Source of the DNA: Bugula neritina
Lineage: Eukaryota; Animalia; Bryozoa
NCBI GenBank assembly: GCA_964035545.1
Contig: OZ037771.1
Span: 10,110,480-10,174,479 of the forward strand
DNA: 64,000 nucleotides
Direction: 5' to 3'
Under the pieces are notes generated by a model. It was not told where the DNA came from and made no database searches. It saw nothing but the letters and a program-made list of their open reading frames with translations. Shown in pieces: positions 13,001 to 29,800 of the stretch. How positions within the stretch are numbered: position 1 is the stretch's first letter; every line of letters begins with the position of its first letter. Both the position numbers and the translations under genes were made by a program.

Positions 13001-16000
13001 ACGGAAATGTACTGTAACATACTGATATTTACTGTAACACACTGAAATGAACTGCAACATACTGAAATACACTGTTACATGCCAAAATAAACTGCAACAT
13101 ACTGCAACATACTGAAATACACTGTAACATACTCAAATACACTGCAACATTCTGCAACATATTGAAATATACTGCAACACACTGAAATATACTGCAACAC
13201 ACTGAAATATACTGCAAAATACTGAAATATACTTCAACATACTGCAACATACTGAAAGACACTACAACTCACTGAAGTATAGTGCAATATACAGAAATGT
13301 ACTCTAACATACTGATATTTAATGTTACACACTGAAATATACTAAAACATACTGAAATACACTGTAACATACCGAAATAAGCTGCAACATACTGCAACAT
13401 ACTGAAATACACTGTAACATGATGAAGTACACTGCAACACATTGAAATACACTGCAACAAACTGAAATATACTGCAACATACTGAAATGTACTGCAACAT
13501 ACTGAAATACATTGCAACATATCGAAGTATATCGTAATAAACGGACATGTACTGAAACATACTGAAACACACTGAAACATACGGAAACATACTGAAACAT
13601 ACTGAAATACACTGCGACAAACTGCAACATACTGAAACATACTGTAACATGATGAAAAACACTGCAACACATTGAAATATACTGCAACAAACTGAAATAT
13701 ACTGCAACATACTGAAACGTACTGCAACATACTGAAACTAATTGCAACATATCGAAGTATATCGTAAAATACGGACATGTACTGTAACATACTGAAACAC
13801 ACTGAAACATACTGAAACATACTGAAACATACTGAAACATACTGAGATACACTGCAACATACTGCAACATACTGAAATACACTGTAACATGATGAAATAC
13901 ACTGCAACACATTGGAATATACTGCAACAAACTGGAATATACTGCAACATACTGAAATGTGCTGCAACATACTGAAATACATTGCAATATATCGAAGTAT
14001 ATCGTAATATACGGACATGTACTGTAACATACTGAAACACACTGAAACATACTGAAACATACTAAAATATACTGAAACATACTGAAATACACTGTAACAC
14101 ATTGAAAAATGCTGCAACATACTGAAGGACACTTCAACTCACTGAAGTATAGTGTAATATACAGAAATGTACTGTAACATACTGATATTTACTATAACAC
14201 ACTGAAATATACTGCAACATACTGAAATACACTGTAACATACCGAAATAAACTGCAACATAATGCAACATACTGAATTACACTGTAACATACTAAAATAC
14301 ACTGCAACATTCTGCAACATACTTCAACGTACTGAAAGACACTGTAACATAGTGAAATACACTGCAACACATTGAAATATACCGCAACAGACAGGAATAT
14401 ACTGCAACACATCCAAGTACATAGTAGTATACGGACATGTACTGTAACATACTGGAACATACTGAAACATACTGCAACATTCTGAAGTACACTGTAAGAT
14501 ATTGAAATACACCGCAACAAACTGCAACATATTGAAGTACACTGTACATATTGAAAAACACTGCAACACACTGAAATATACTGCAACACACTGAAATATA
14601 CTGCAAATAAACTGAATTATACTTCAACATACTGCAACATACTGAAAGACACTACAACTCACTGAAGTATAGTGCAATATACAGAAATGTATTCTAACAT
14701 ACTGATATTTAATGTTACACACTGAAATATACTACAACATACTGAAATACACTGCAACATACCGAAATAAGCTGCAACATACTGCAACATACTGAAATAC
14801 ACTGTAACATGATGTAGTACACTGCAACACATTGAAATATACTGCAACACACTGAAATATACTGCAAAATACTGAATTATACTTCAACATACTGCAACAT
14901 ACTGAAAGACACTACAACTCACTGAAGTATAGTGCAATATACAGAAATGTACTCTAACATACTGATATTTAATGTTACACACTGAAATATACTACAACAT
15001 ACTGAAATACACTGTAACATACCGAAATAAGCTGCAACATACTGCAACATACTGAAATACACTGTAACATGATGAAGTACACTGCAACACATTGAAATAC
15101 ACTGCAACAAACTGAAATATACTGCATCATACTGAAATGTACTGCAACATACTGAAATACATTGCAACATATCGAAGTATATCGTAATAAACGGACATGT
15201 ACTGAAACATACTGAAACACACTGAAACATACTGAAACATACTGAAACATACTGAAATACACTGCAACAAACTGCAACATACTGAAACATACTGTAACAT
15301 GATGAAAAACACTGCAACACATTGAAATATACTGCAACAAACTGAAATATACTGCAACATACTGAAACGTACTGCAACATACTGAAACTAATTGCAACAT
15401 ATCGAAGTATATCGTAAAATACGGACATGTACTGTAACATACTGAAACACACTGAAACATACTGAAACATACTGAAACATACTGAAACATACTGAGATAC
15501 ACTGCAACATACTGCAACATACTGAAATACACTGTAACATGATGAAATACACTGCAACACATTGGAATATACTGCAACAAACTGGAATATACTGCAACAT
15601 ACTGAAACGTGCTGCAACATACTGAAATACATTGCAATATATCGAAGTATATCGTAATATACGGACATGTACTGTAACATACTGAAACACACTGAAACAT
15701 ACTGAAACATACTAAAATATACTGAAACATACTGAAATACACTCTAACACATTGAAAAATACTGCAACATACTGAAGGACACTTCAACTCACTGAAGTAT
15801 AGTGTAATATACAGAAATGTACTGTAACATACTGATATTTACTGTAACACACTGAAATATACTGCAACATACTGAAATACACTGTAACATACCGAAATAA
15901 GCTGCAACATAATGCAACATACTGAATTACACTGTAACATACTAAAATACACTGCAACATTCTGCAACATACTTCAACGTACTGAAAGACACTGTAACAT

Positions 16001-19000
16001 AATGAAATACACTGCAACACATTGGAATATACCGCAACAGACAGGAATATACTGCAACACATCCAAGTACATAGTAGTATACGGACATGTACTGTAACAT
16101 ACTGGAACATACTGAAACATACTGCAACATTCTGAAGTACACTGTAAAATATTGAAATACACCGCAACAAACTGCAACATATTGAAGTACACTGTACATA
16201 TTGAAAAACACTGCAACACACTGAAATATACTGCAACACACTGAAATATACTGCAAAAAAACTGAATTATACTTCAACATACTGCAACATACTGAAAGAC
16301 ACTACAACTCACTGAAGTATAGTACAATATACAGAAATGTATTCTAACATACTGATATTTAATGTTACACACTGAAATATACTACAACATACTGAAATAC
16401 ACTGCAACATACCGAAATAAGCTGCAACATACTGCAACATACTGAAATACACTGTAACATGATGTAGTACACTGCAACACATTGAAATATACTGCAACAC
16501 AATGAAATATACTGCAAAATACTGAAATATACTGCAACACATCCAAGTAGACTGTAATATACGGACATGTACTGTAACATACTGAAACAAAATGAAATAT
16601 ACTGTAACACTCTGAGTAATACTGCAAAATGCTGAAATATACTGTAACACAGTGAAGTATACTGCAAAATTCTGAAACATACTGCAACATACTAAAACAT
16701 GAGCCATATACTGAAAAATGCCTCAGCATACTCAAATATACTGCAAGATGCTGCAACATACGTAAATACACTGTAACATACTGAAATACACTGCAACATA
16801 CTGCAGCATAGTGAAGTACACTGTAAAATATTGAAATACACTGCAACACATTGGAATATACTGCAACACACTGAAATATACTGCAACATACTGAAATATA
16901 CTGCAACATACTGCAACATACTAAAGTGCACTGTAGCATACTGTAACTTACTGAAATACACTGCAACAAACTGTAACATACTGAAACACACTGAAACATA
17001 CTGAAACATACTGAAACATACTGTAAGATACTGAAACACACTGAAACATACTGAAACATACTGAGACATACTGAAATACACTGCAACATACTGAAACATA
17101 CTGAAATATACTGAAATATACTAAAATACACTGGAACACATTGAAAAATACTGCAACATACTGAAAGACACTTCAACCCACTGAAGTATAGTGTAATATA
17201 CGGAAATGTACTGTAACATACTGATATTTACTGTAACACACTAAAATATACTGCAACATACTGAAATACACTGTAACATACCGAAATAAACTGCAACATA
17301 ATGCAACATACTGAATTACACTGTAACATACTAAAATACACTGCAACATTCTGCAACATACTTCAACGTACTGAAAGACACTGTAACATAATGAAATACA
17401 CTGCAACACATTGAAATATACCGCAACAGACTGGAATATACTGCAACACATCCAAGTACATCGTAATATACGGACATGTACTGTAACATACTGGAACATA
17501 CAGAAATACACTGCAACAAACTGTAACATACTGAAACACACTGAAACATACTGAAACATACTGAAACATACTGTAACATACTGAAACACACTGAAACATA
17601 CTGAAACATACTGAGACATACTGAAATACACTGCAACATACTGCAACATACTGAAATATACTGAAATATACTGAAATACACTGTAACACATTGAAAAATA
17701 CCGCAACATACTGAAAGACACTTCAACTCACTGAAGTATAGTGTAATATACGGAAATGTACTGTAACATACTGATATTTACTGTAACACACTGAAATGAA
17801 CTGCAACATACTGAAATACACTGTTACATGCCAAAATAAACTGCAACATACTGCAACATACTGAAATACACTGTAACATACTCAAATACACTGCAACATT
17901 CTGCAACATATTGAAATATACTGCAACACACTGAAATATACTGCAACACACTGAAATATACTGCAAAATACTGAAATATACTTCAACATACTGCAACATA
18001 CTGAAAGACACTACAACTCACTGAAGTATAGTGCAATATACAGAAATGTACTCTAACATACTGATATTTAATGTTACACACTGAAATATACTAAAACATA
18101 CTGAAATACACTGTAACATACCGAAATAAGCTGCAACATACTGCAACATACTGAAATACACTGTAACATGATGAAGTACACTGCAACACATTGAAATACA
18201 CTGCAACAAACTGAAATATACTGCAACATACTGAAATGTACTGCAACATACTGAAATACATTGCAACATATCGAAGTATATCGTAATAAACGGACATGTA
18301 CTGAAACATACTGAAACACACTGAAACATACGGAAACATACTGAAACATACTGAAATACACTGCGACAAACTGCAACATACTGAAACATACTGTAACATG
18401 ATGAAAAACACTGCAACACATTGAAATATACTGCAACAAACTGAAATATACTGCAACATACTGAAACGTACTGCAACATACTGAAACTAATTGCAACATA
18501 TCGAAGTATATCGTAAAATACGGACATGTACTGTAACATACTGAAACACACTGAAACATACTGAAACATACTGAAACATACTGAAACATACTGAGATACA
18601 CTGCAACATACTGCAACATACTGAAATACACTGTAACATGATGAAATACACTGCAACACATTGGAATATACTGCAACAAACTGGAATATACTGCAACATA
18701 CTGAAATGTGCTGCAACATACTGAAATACATTGCAATATATCGAAGTATATCGTAATATACGGACATGTACTGTAACATACTGAAACACACTGAAACATA
18801 CTGAAACATACTAAAATATACTGAAACATACTGAAATACACTGTAACACATTGAAAAATGCTGCAACATACTGAAGGACACTTCAACTCACTGAAGTATA
18901 GTGTAATATACAGAAATGTACTGTAACATACTGATATTTACTATAACACACTGAAATATACTGCAACATACTGAAATACACTGTAACATACCGAAATAAA

Positions 19001-21275
19001 CTGCAACATAATGCAACATACTGAATTACACTGTAACATACTAAAATACACTGCAACATTCTGCAACATACTTCAACGTACTGAAAGACACTGTAACATA
19101 GTGAAATACACTGCAACACATTGAAATATACCGCAACAGACAGGAATATACTGCAACACATCCAAGTACATAGTAGTATACGGACATGTACTGTAACATA
19201 CTGGAACATACTGAAACATACTGCAACATTCTGAAGTACACTGTAAGATATTGAAATACACCGCAACAAACTGCAACATATTGAAGTACACTGTACATAT
19301 TGAAAAACACTGCAACACACTGAAATATACTGCAACACACTGAAATATACTGCAAATAAACTGAATTATACTTCAACATACTGCAACATACTGAAAGACA
19401 CTACAACTCACTGAAGTATAGTGCAATATACAGAAATGTATTCTAACATACTGATATTTAATGTTACACACTGAAATATACTACAACATACTGAAATACA
19501 CTGCAACATACCGAAATAAGCTGCAACATACTGCAACATACTGAAATACACTGTAACATGATGTAGTACACTGCAACACATTGAAATATACTGCAACACA
19601 CTGAAATATACTGCAAAATACTGAATTATACTTCAACATACTGCAACATACTGAAAGACACTACAACTCACTGAAGTATAGTGCAATATACAGAAATGTA
19701 CTCTAACATACTGATATTTAATGTTACACACTGAAATATACTACAACATACTGAAATACACTGTAACATACCGAAATAAGCTGCAACATACTGCAACATA
19801 CTGAAATACACTGTAACATGATGAAGTACACTGCAACACATTGAAATACACTGCAACAAACTGAAATATACTGCATCATACTGAAATGTACTGCAACATA
19901 CTGAAATACATTGCAACATATCGAAGTATATCGTAATAAACGGACATGTACTGAAACATACTGAAACACACTGAAACATACTGAAACATACTGAAACATA
20001 CTGAAATACACTGCAACAAACTGCAACATACTGAAACATACTGTAACATGATGAAAAACACTGCAACACATTGAAATATACTGCAACAAACTGAAATATA
20101 CTGCAACATACTGAAACGTACTGCAACATACTGAAACTAATTGCAACATATCGAAGTATATCGTAAAATACGGACATGTACTGTAACATACTGAAACACA
20201 CTGAAACATACTGAAACATACTGAAACATACTGAAACATACTGAGATACACTGCAACATACTGCAACATACTGAAATACACTGTAACATGATGAAATACA
20301 CTGCAACACATTGGAATATACTGCAACAAACTGGAATATACTGCAACATACTGAAACGTGCTGCAACATACTGAAATACATTGCAATATATCGAAGTATA
20401 TCGTAATATACGGACATGTACTGTAACATACTGAAACACACTGAAACATACTGAAACATACTAAAATATACTGAAACATACTGAAATACACTGTAACACA
20501 TTGAAAAATACTGCAACATACTGAAGGACACTTCAACTCACTGAAGTATAGTGTAATATACAGAAATGTACTGTAACATACTGATATTTACTGTAACACA
20601 CTGAAATATACTGCAACATACTGAAATACACTGTAACATACCGAAATAAGCTGCAACATAATGCAACATACTGAATTACACTGTAACATACTAAAATACA
20701 CTGCAACATTCTGCAACATACTTCAACGTACTGAAAGACACTGTAACATAATGAAATACACTGCAACACATTGAAATATACCGCAACAGACAGGAATATA
20801 CTGCAACACATCCAAGTACATAGTAGTATACGGACATGTACTGTAACATACTGGAACATACTGAAACATACTGCAACATTCTGAAGTACACTGTAAAATG
20901 TTGAAATACACCGCAACAAACTGCAACATATTGAAGTACACTGTACATATTGAAAAACACTGCAACACACTGAAATATACTGCAACACACTGAAATATAC
21001 TGCAAAAAAACTGAATTATTCTTCAACATACTGCAACATACTGAAAGACACTACAACTCACTGAAGTATAGTACAATATACAGAAATGTATTCTAACATA
21101 CTGATATTTAATGTTACACACTGAAATATACTACAACATACTGAAATACACTGCAACATACCGAAATAAGCTGCAACATACTGCAACATACTGAAATACA
21201 CTGTAACATGATGTAGTACACTGCAACACATTGAAATATACTGCAACACAATGAAATATACTGCAAAATACTGAA
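7023..21275 (+). repeat. 4749 bp HOR, three tandem copies; 8 modules: 550,290,870,520,260,870,520,869
   Basis: Landmarks at 7679,8229,8519,9389,9909,10169,11039,11559,12428. ORF offsets 7194/11943/16692, 8520/13269/18018 and 11035/15784/20533 are all +4749. Confidence 0.95.
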
Positions 21276-22966
21276 TTATACTTCAACATACTGCAACATA
21301 CTGAAAGACACTACAACTCACTGAAGTATAGTGCAATATACAGAAATGTACTCTAACATACTGATGTTTAATGTTACACACTGAAATATACTACAACATA
21401 CTGAAATACACTGTAACATACCGAAATAAGCTGCAACATACTGCAACATACTGAAATACACTGTAACATGATGAAGTACACTGCAACACATTGAAATACA
21501 CTGCAACAAACTGAAATATACTGCATCATACTGAAATGTACTGCAACATACTGAAATACATTGCAACATATCGAAGTATATCGTAATAAACGGACATGTA
21601 CTGAAACATACTGAAACACACTGAAACATACTGAAACATACTGAAACATACTGAAATACACTGCAACAAACTGCAACATACTGAAACATACTGTAACATG
21701 ATGAAAAACACTGCAACACATTGAAATATACTGCAACAAACTGAAATATACTGCAACATACTGAAACGTACTGCAACATACTGAAACTAATTGCAACATA
21801 TCGAAGTATATCGTAAAATACGGACATGTACTGTAACATACTGAAACACACTGAAACATACTGAAACATACTGAAACATACTGAAACATACTGAGATACA
21901 CTGCAACATACTGCAACATACTGAAATACACTGTAACATGATGAAATACACTGCAACACATTGGAATATACTGCAACAAACTGGAATATACTGCAACATA
22001 CTGAAATGTGCTGCAACATACTGAAATACATTGCAATATATCGAAGTATATCGTAATATACGGACATGTACTGTAACATACTGAAACACACTGAAACATA
22101 CTGAAACATACTAAAATATACTGAAACATACTGAAATACACTGTAACACGTTGAAAAATACTGCAACATACTGAAGGACACTTCAACTCACTGAAGTATA
22201 GTGTAATATACAGAAATGTACTGTAACATACTGATATTTACTGTAACACACTGAAATATACTGCAACATACTGAAATACACTGTAACATACCGAAATAAA
22301 CTGCAACATAATGCAACATACTGAATTACACTGTAACATACTAAAATACACTGCAACATTCTGCAACATACTTCAACGTACTGAAAGACACTGTAACATA
22401 ATGAAATACACTGCAACACATTGAAATATACCGCAACAGACAGGAATATACTGCAACACATCCAAGTACATAGTAGTATACGGACATGTACTGTAACATA
22501 CTGGAACATACTGAAACATACTGCAACATTCTGAAGTACACTGTAAGATATTGAAATACACCGCAACAAACTGCAACATATTGAAGTACACTGTACATAT
22601 TGAAAAACACTGCAACACACTGAAATATACTGCAACACACTGAAATATATTGCAAAAAAACTGAATTATACTTCAACATACTGCAACATACTGAAAGACA
22701 CTACAACTCACTGAAGTATAGTGCAATATACAGAAATGTATTCTAACATACTGATATTTAATGTTACACACTGAAATATACTACAACATACTGAAATACA
22801 CTGCAACATACCGAAATAAGCTGCAACATACTGCAACATACTGAAATACACTGTAACATGATGTAGTACACTGCAACACATTGAAATATACTGCAACACA
22901 CTGAAATATACTGCAAAATACTGAATTATACTTCAACATACTGCAACATACTGAAAGACACTACAA
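18017..22966 (+). repeat. 1650 bp sub-HOR (870+520+260), three tandem copies; overlaps the last 4749 copy and is also the internal repeat of the 4749 HOR
   Basis: Landmarks at 18017,19667,21317,22967. ORF offsets 18883/20533/22183 and 19408/21058/22708 are +1650. Confidence 0.93.
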
Positions 22967-25900
22967 CTCACTGAAGTATAGTGCAATATACAGAAATGTA
23001 CTCTAACATACTGATATTTAATGTTACACACTGAAATATACTACAACATACTGAAATACACTGTAACATACTGAAATAAGCTGCAACATACTGCAACATA
23101 CTGAAGTACACTGTAAAATATTCAAATACACTGCAACACATTGAAATACACTGCAACACACTGAAATATACTGCAACATACTGAAATGTACTTCAACATA
23201 ATGAAAAACACTGCAACATATCAAAGTATATCGTAATACACAGACATGTACTGTAACATACTGGAACATACTGAAACATACTGAAACATACTGAAACATA
23301 CTGAAATACACTGTAACAAACTGAAATACACTGCAACAAGTTGGAATATACTGCAACATACCCAAGTATATGGTAATATAATGAAATATACTGCAAAATA
23401 CCGCAACATACTGAAAAACACTGTAACAAACTGAAATACGCTGCAACACATTGGAATATACTGCAACATACCCAAATAAATGGTAACATATTGAAATATA
23501 CTGAAATACAATGTAACACATTGAAAAATACTGCAAGACACTGAAAGACACTACAACTCACTGAAGTATAGTGTAATATACGAAAATGTACTGTAACATA
23601 CTGATATTTACTGCAACACACTGAAAAATACTGCAACATACTGAAATACACTGTTACATGCCAAAATAAACTGCAACATACTGCAACATACTGAAATACA
23701 CTCTAACATACTCAAATACACTGCAACATTCTGCAACATATTGAAATATACTGCAACACACTGAAATATACTGCAACACACTGAAATATACTGCAAAATA
23801 CTGAAATATACTTCAACATACTGCAACATACTGAAAGACACTACAACTCACTGAAGTATAGTGCAATATACAGAAATGTACTCTAACATACTGATATTTA
23901 TTGTTACACACTGAAATATACTACAACATACTGAAATACACTGTAACATACCGAAATAAGCTGCAACATACTGCAACATACTGAAATACACTGTAACATG
24001 ATGAAGTACACTGCAACACATTGAAATACACTGCAACAAACTGAAATATACTGCAACATACTGAAATGTACTGCAACATACTGAAATACATTGCAACATA
24101 TCGAAGTATATCGTAAGAAACGGACATGTACTGAAACATACTGAAACACACTGAAACATACTGAAACATACTAAAACATACTGAAACATACTGAAATACA
24201 CTGCAACAAACTGCAACATACTGAAACATACTGTAACATGATGAAAAACACTGCAACACATTGAAATATACTGCAACAAACTGAAATATACTGCAACAGA
24301 CTGAAACGTACTGCAACATACTGAAACTAATTGCAACATATCAAAGTATATCGTAAAATACGGACATGTACTGTAACATACTGAAACACACTGAAACATA
24401 CTGAAACATACTGAAACATACTGAAACATACTGAGATACACTGCAACATACTGCAACATACTGAAATACACTGTAACATGATGAAATACACTGCAACACA
24501 TTGAAATATACTGCAACAAACTGAAATATACTGCAACATACTGAAACGTGCTGCAACATACTGAAATACATTGCAATATGTCGAAGTATATCGTAATATA
24601 CGGACATGTACTGTAACATACTGAAACACACTGAAACATACTGAAACATACTGAAATATACTGAAATATACTGAAATACACTGTAACACATTGAAAAATA
24701 CTGCAACATACTGAAGGACACTTCAACTCACTGAAGTATAGTGTAATATACAGAAATGTACTGTAACATACTGATATTTACTGTAACACACTGAAATATA
24801 CTGCAACATACTGAAATACACTGTAACATACCGAAATAAACTGCAACATAATGCAACATACTGAATTACACTGTAACATACTAAAATACACTGCAACATT
24901 CTGCAACATACTTCAACGTACTGAAAGACACTGTAACATAATGAAATACACTGCAACACATTAAAATATACCGCAACAGACTGGAATATACTGCAACACA
25001 TCTAAGTATATCGTAATATACGGACATGTACTGTAACATACTGGAACATACTGAAACATACTGCAACATTCTGAAGTACACTGCAAAATATTGAAATACA
25101 CCGCAACAAACTGCAACATACTGAAGTACACTGTACATATTGAAAAACACTGCAACACACTGAAATATACTGCAAAATACTGAATTATACTTCAACATAC
25201 TGCAACATACTGAAAGACACTACAACTCACTGAAGTATAGTGCAATATACAGAAATGTATTCTAACATACTGATATTTAATGTTACACACTGAAATATAC
25301 TACAACATACTGAAATACACTGCAACATACCGAAATAAGCTGCAACATACTGCAACATACTGAAATACACTGTAACATGATGTAGTACACTGCAACACAT
25401 TGAAATATACTGCAACAAACTGAAATATACTGCAACATACTGAAACGTACTGCAACATACTGAAACTAATTGCAACATATCGAAGTATATCGTAAAATAC
25501 GGACATGTACTGTAACATACTGAAACACACTGAAACATACTGAAAGATACTGAAACATAGTGAAACATACTGAGATACACTGCAACAAACTGCAACATAC
25601 TGAAACATACTGTAACATGATGAAATACACTGAAACACATTGAAATATACTGCAACAAACTGAAATATACTGCAGCATACTGAAACGTACTGCAACATAC
25701 TGAAATTAATTGCAACATATCAAAGTATATCGTAATATACGGACATGTACTGTAACATACTGAAACACACTGAAACATACTGAAACATACTGAAACATGC
25801 TGAAACATACTGTGATACACTGCAACATACTGCAACATACTGAAATACACTGTAACATGATGAAATACACTGCAACACATTGAAATATACTGCAACAAAC

Positions 25901-26865
25901 TGAAATATACTGCAACATACTGAAACCTGCTGCAACATACTGAAATACATTGCAATATATCGAAGTATATCGTAATATACGGACACGTACTGTAACATAC
26001 TGAAACATACTAAAATATACTGAAACATACTGAAATACACTGTAACACATTGAAAAATACTGCAACATACTGAAGGACACTTCAACTCACTGAAGTATAG
26101 TGTAATAGACAGAAATGTACTGTAACATACTGATATTTACTGTAACACACTGAAATATACTGCAACATACTGAAATACACTGTAACATACCGAAATAAAC
26201 TGCAACATAATGCAACATACTGAATTACACTGTAACATACTAAAATACACTGCAACATTCTGCAACATACTTCAACGTATTGAAAGACACTGTAACATAA
26301 TGAAATACACTGCAACACATTGAAATATACCGCAACAGACAGGAATATACTGCAACACATCCAAGTACATAGTAGTATACGGACATGTACTGTAACATAC
26401 TGGAACATACTGAAACATACTGCAACATTCTGAAGTACACTGTAAAATATTGAAATACACCGCAACAAACTGCAACATATTGAAGTACACTGTACATATT
26501 GAAAAACACTGCAACACACTGAAATATACTGCAACACACTGAAATATACTGCAAAAAAACTGAATTATACTTCAACATACTGCAACATACTGAAAGACAC
26601 TACAACTCACTGAAGTATAGTGCAATATACAGAAATGTATTCTAACATACTGATATTTAATGTTACACACTGAAATATACTACAACATACTGAAATACAC
26701 TGCAACATACCGAAATAAGCTGCAACATACTGCAACATACTGAAATACACTGTAACATGATGTAGTACACTGCAACACATTGAAATATACTGCAACACAC
26801 TGAAATATACTGCAAAATACTGAATTATACTTCAACATACTGCAACATACTGAAAGACACTACAA
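22967..26865 (+). repeat. Non-periodic transitional module string (590,290,880,499,860,520,260); includes a partial copy of the 4536 HOR tail
   Basis: Landmarks at 22967,23557,23847,24727,25226,26086,26606,26866. ORFs 23608, 23848 and 24723 recur at +6176 (29784, 30024, 30899). Confidence 0.85.
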
Positions 26866-29800
26866 CTCACTGAAGTATAGTGCAATATACAGAAATGTAC
26901 TCTAACATACTGATATTTAATGTTACACACTGAAATATACTACAACATACTGAAATACACTGTAACATACCGAAATAAGCTGCAACATACTGCAACATAC
27001 TGAAATACACTGTAACATGATGAAGTACACTGCAACACATTGAAATACACTGCAACAAACTGAAATATACTGCATCATACTGAAATGTACTGCAACATAC
27101 TGAAATACATTGCAACATATCGAAGTATATCGTAATAAACGGACATGTACTGAAACATACTGAAACACACTGAAACATACTGAAACATACTGAATTATAC
27201 TGAAATACACTGCAACAAACTGCAACATACTGAAACATACTGTAACATGATGAAAAACACTGCAACACATTGAAATATACTGCAACAAACTGAAATATAC
27301 TGCAACATACTGAAACGTACTGCAACATACTGAAACTAATTGCAACATATCGAAGTATATCGTAAAATACGGACATGTACTGTAACATACTGAAACACAC
27401 TGAAACATACTGAAACATACTGAAACATACTGAAACATACTGAGATACACTGCAACATACTGCAACATACTGAAATACACTGTAACATGATGAAATACAC
27501 TGCAACACATTGGAATATACTGCAACAAACTGGAATATACTGCAACATACTGAAACGTGCTGCAACATACAGAAATACATTGCAATATATCGAAGTATAT
27601 CGTAATATACGGACATGTACTGCAACATACTGAAACACACTGAAACATACTGAAACATACTGAAATATACTGAAATATACTGAAATACACTGTAACACAT
27701 TGAAAAATACTGCAACATACTGAAGAACACTTCAACTCACTGAAGTATAGTCTAATGTACAGAAATGTACTGTAACATACTGATATTTACTGTAACACAC
27801 TGAAATATACTGCAACATACTGAAATACACTGTAACATACCGAAATAAACTGCAACATAATGCAACATACTGAATTACACTGTAACATACTAAAATACAC
27901 TGCAACATTCTGCAACATACTTCAACGTACTGAAAGACACTGTAACATAATGAAATACACTGCAACACATTGAAATATACCGCAACAGACTGGAATATAC
28001 TGCAACACATCCAAGTACATAGTAATATACGGACATGTACTGTAACATACTGGAACATACTGAAACAAACAGCAACATTCTGAAGTACACTGTAAAATAT
28101 TAAAATACACCGCAACAAACTGCAACATATTGAAGTACACTGTACATATTGAAAAACACTGCAACACACTGAAATATACTGCAACACACTGAAATATACT
28201 GCAAAATACTGAATTATACTTCAACATACTGCAACATACTGAAAGACACTACAACTCACTGAAGCATAGTGCAATATACAGAAATGTATTCTAACATACT
28301 GATATTTAATGTTACACACTGAAATATACTACAACATACTGAAATACACTGCAACATACCGAAATAAGCTGCAACATACTGCAACATACTGAAATACACT
28401 GTAACATGATGTAGTACACTGCAACACATTGAAATATACTGCAACAAACTGAAATATACTGCAACATACTGAAATGTACTGCAACATACTGAAATACATG
28501 GCAACATATCGAAGTATATCGTAATAAACGGACATGTACTGTAACATACTGAAACACACTGAAACATACTGAAACATACTGAAACATACTGAAACATACT
28601 GAAATACACTGCAACATACTGCAACATACTGAAACATACTGTAACATTATGAAATACACTGCAACACATTGAAATATACTGCAACAAACTGAAATATACT
28701 GCAACATACTAAAACGTACTGCAACATACTGAAATACATTGCAACATATCGAAGTATATCGTAATATACGGACATGTACTGAAACATACTGAAACATACT
28801 GAGATACACTGCAACATACTGCAACATACTGAAATACACTGTAACATGATGAAATACACTGCAACACATTGAAATATACTGCAACAAACTGAAATATACT
28901 GCAACATACTGAAACGTACTGCAACATACTGAAATACATTGCAACATATCGAAGTATGTCGTAATATACGGACATGTACTTTAACATACTGAAACACACT
29001 GAAACATACTGAAACCTACTGAAATATACTGAAATGTACTGAAATACACTGTAACACATTGAAAAATACTGCAACATTCTGCAACATAGTTCAACGTACT
29101 GAATACACTGTAACATAATGAATCACACTGCAACATACTGCAACATACTGAAATATACTGTAACATACTGAAACATGAGCAATATACTGAAAGATGCCTC
29201 AACATACTCAAATACACTGCAAGAAACTGCAACATACGTAAATACACTGTAACATACTGAAATACACTGAAACATACTGCAACATACTGAAGTACACTGT
29301 AAAATATTCAAATACACAGCAACACATTGAAATACACTGCAACACACTGAAATATACTGCAACATACTGAAATGTACTTCAACATAATGAAAAACACTGC
29401 AACATATCAAAGTATATCGTAATACACAGACATGTACTGTAACATACTGAAACATACTGAAACATACTGAAACATACTGAAATACACTGTAACAAACTGA
29501 AATACACTGCAACAAGTTGGAATATACTGCAACATACCCAAGTATATGGTAATATAATGAAATATACTGCAAAATACCGCAACATACTGAAAAACACTGT
29601 AACAAACTGAAATACGCTGCAACACATTGGAATATACTGCAACATACCCAAATAAATGGTAACATATTGAAATATACTGAAATACAATGTAACACATTGA
29701 AAAATACTGCAAGACACTGAAAGACACTACAACTCACTGAAGTATAGTGTAATATACGAAAATGTACTGTAACATACTGATATTTACTGCAACACACTGA

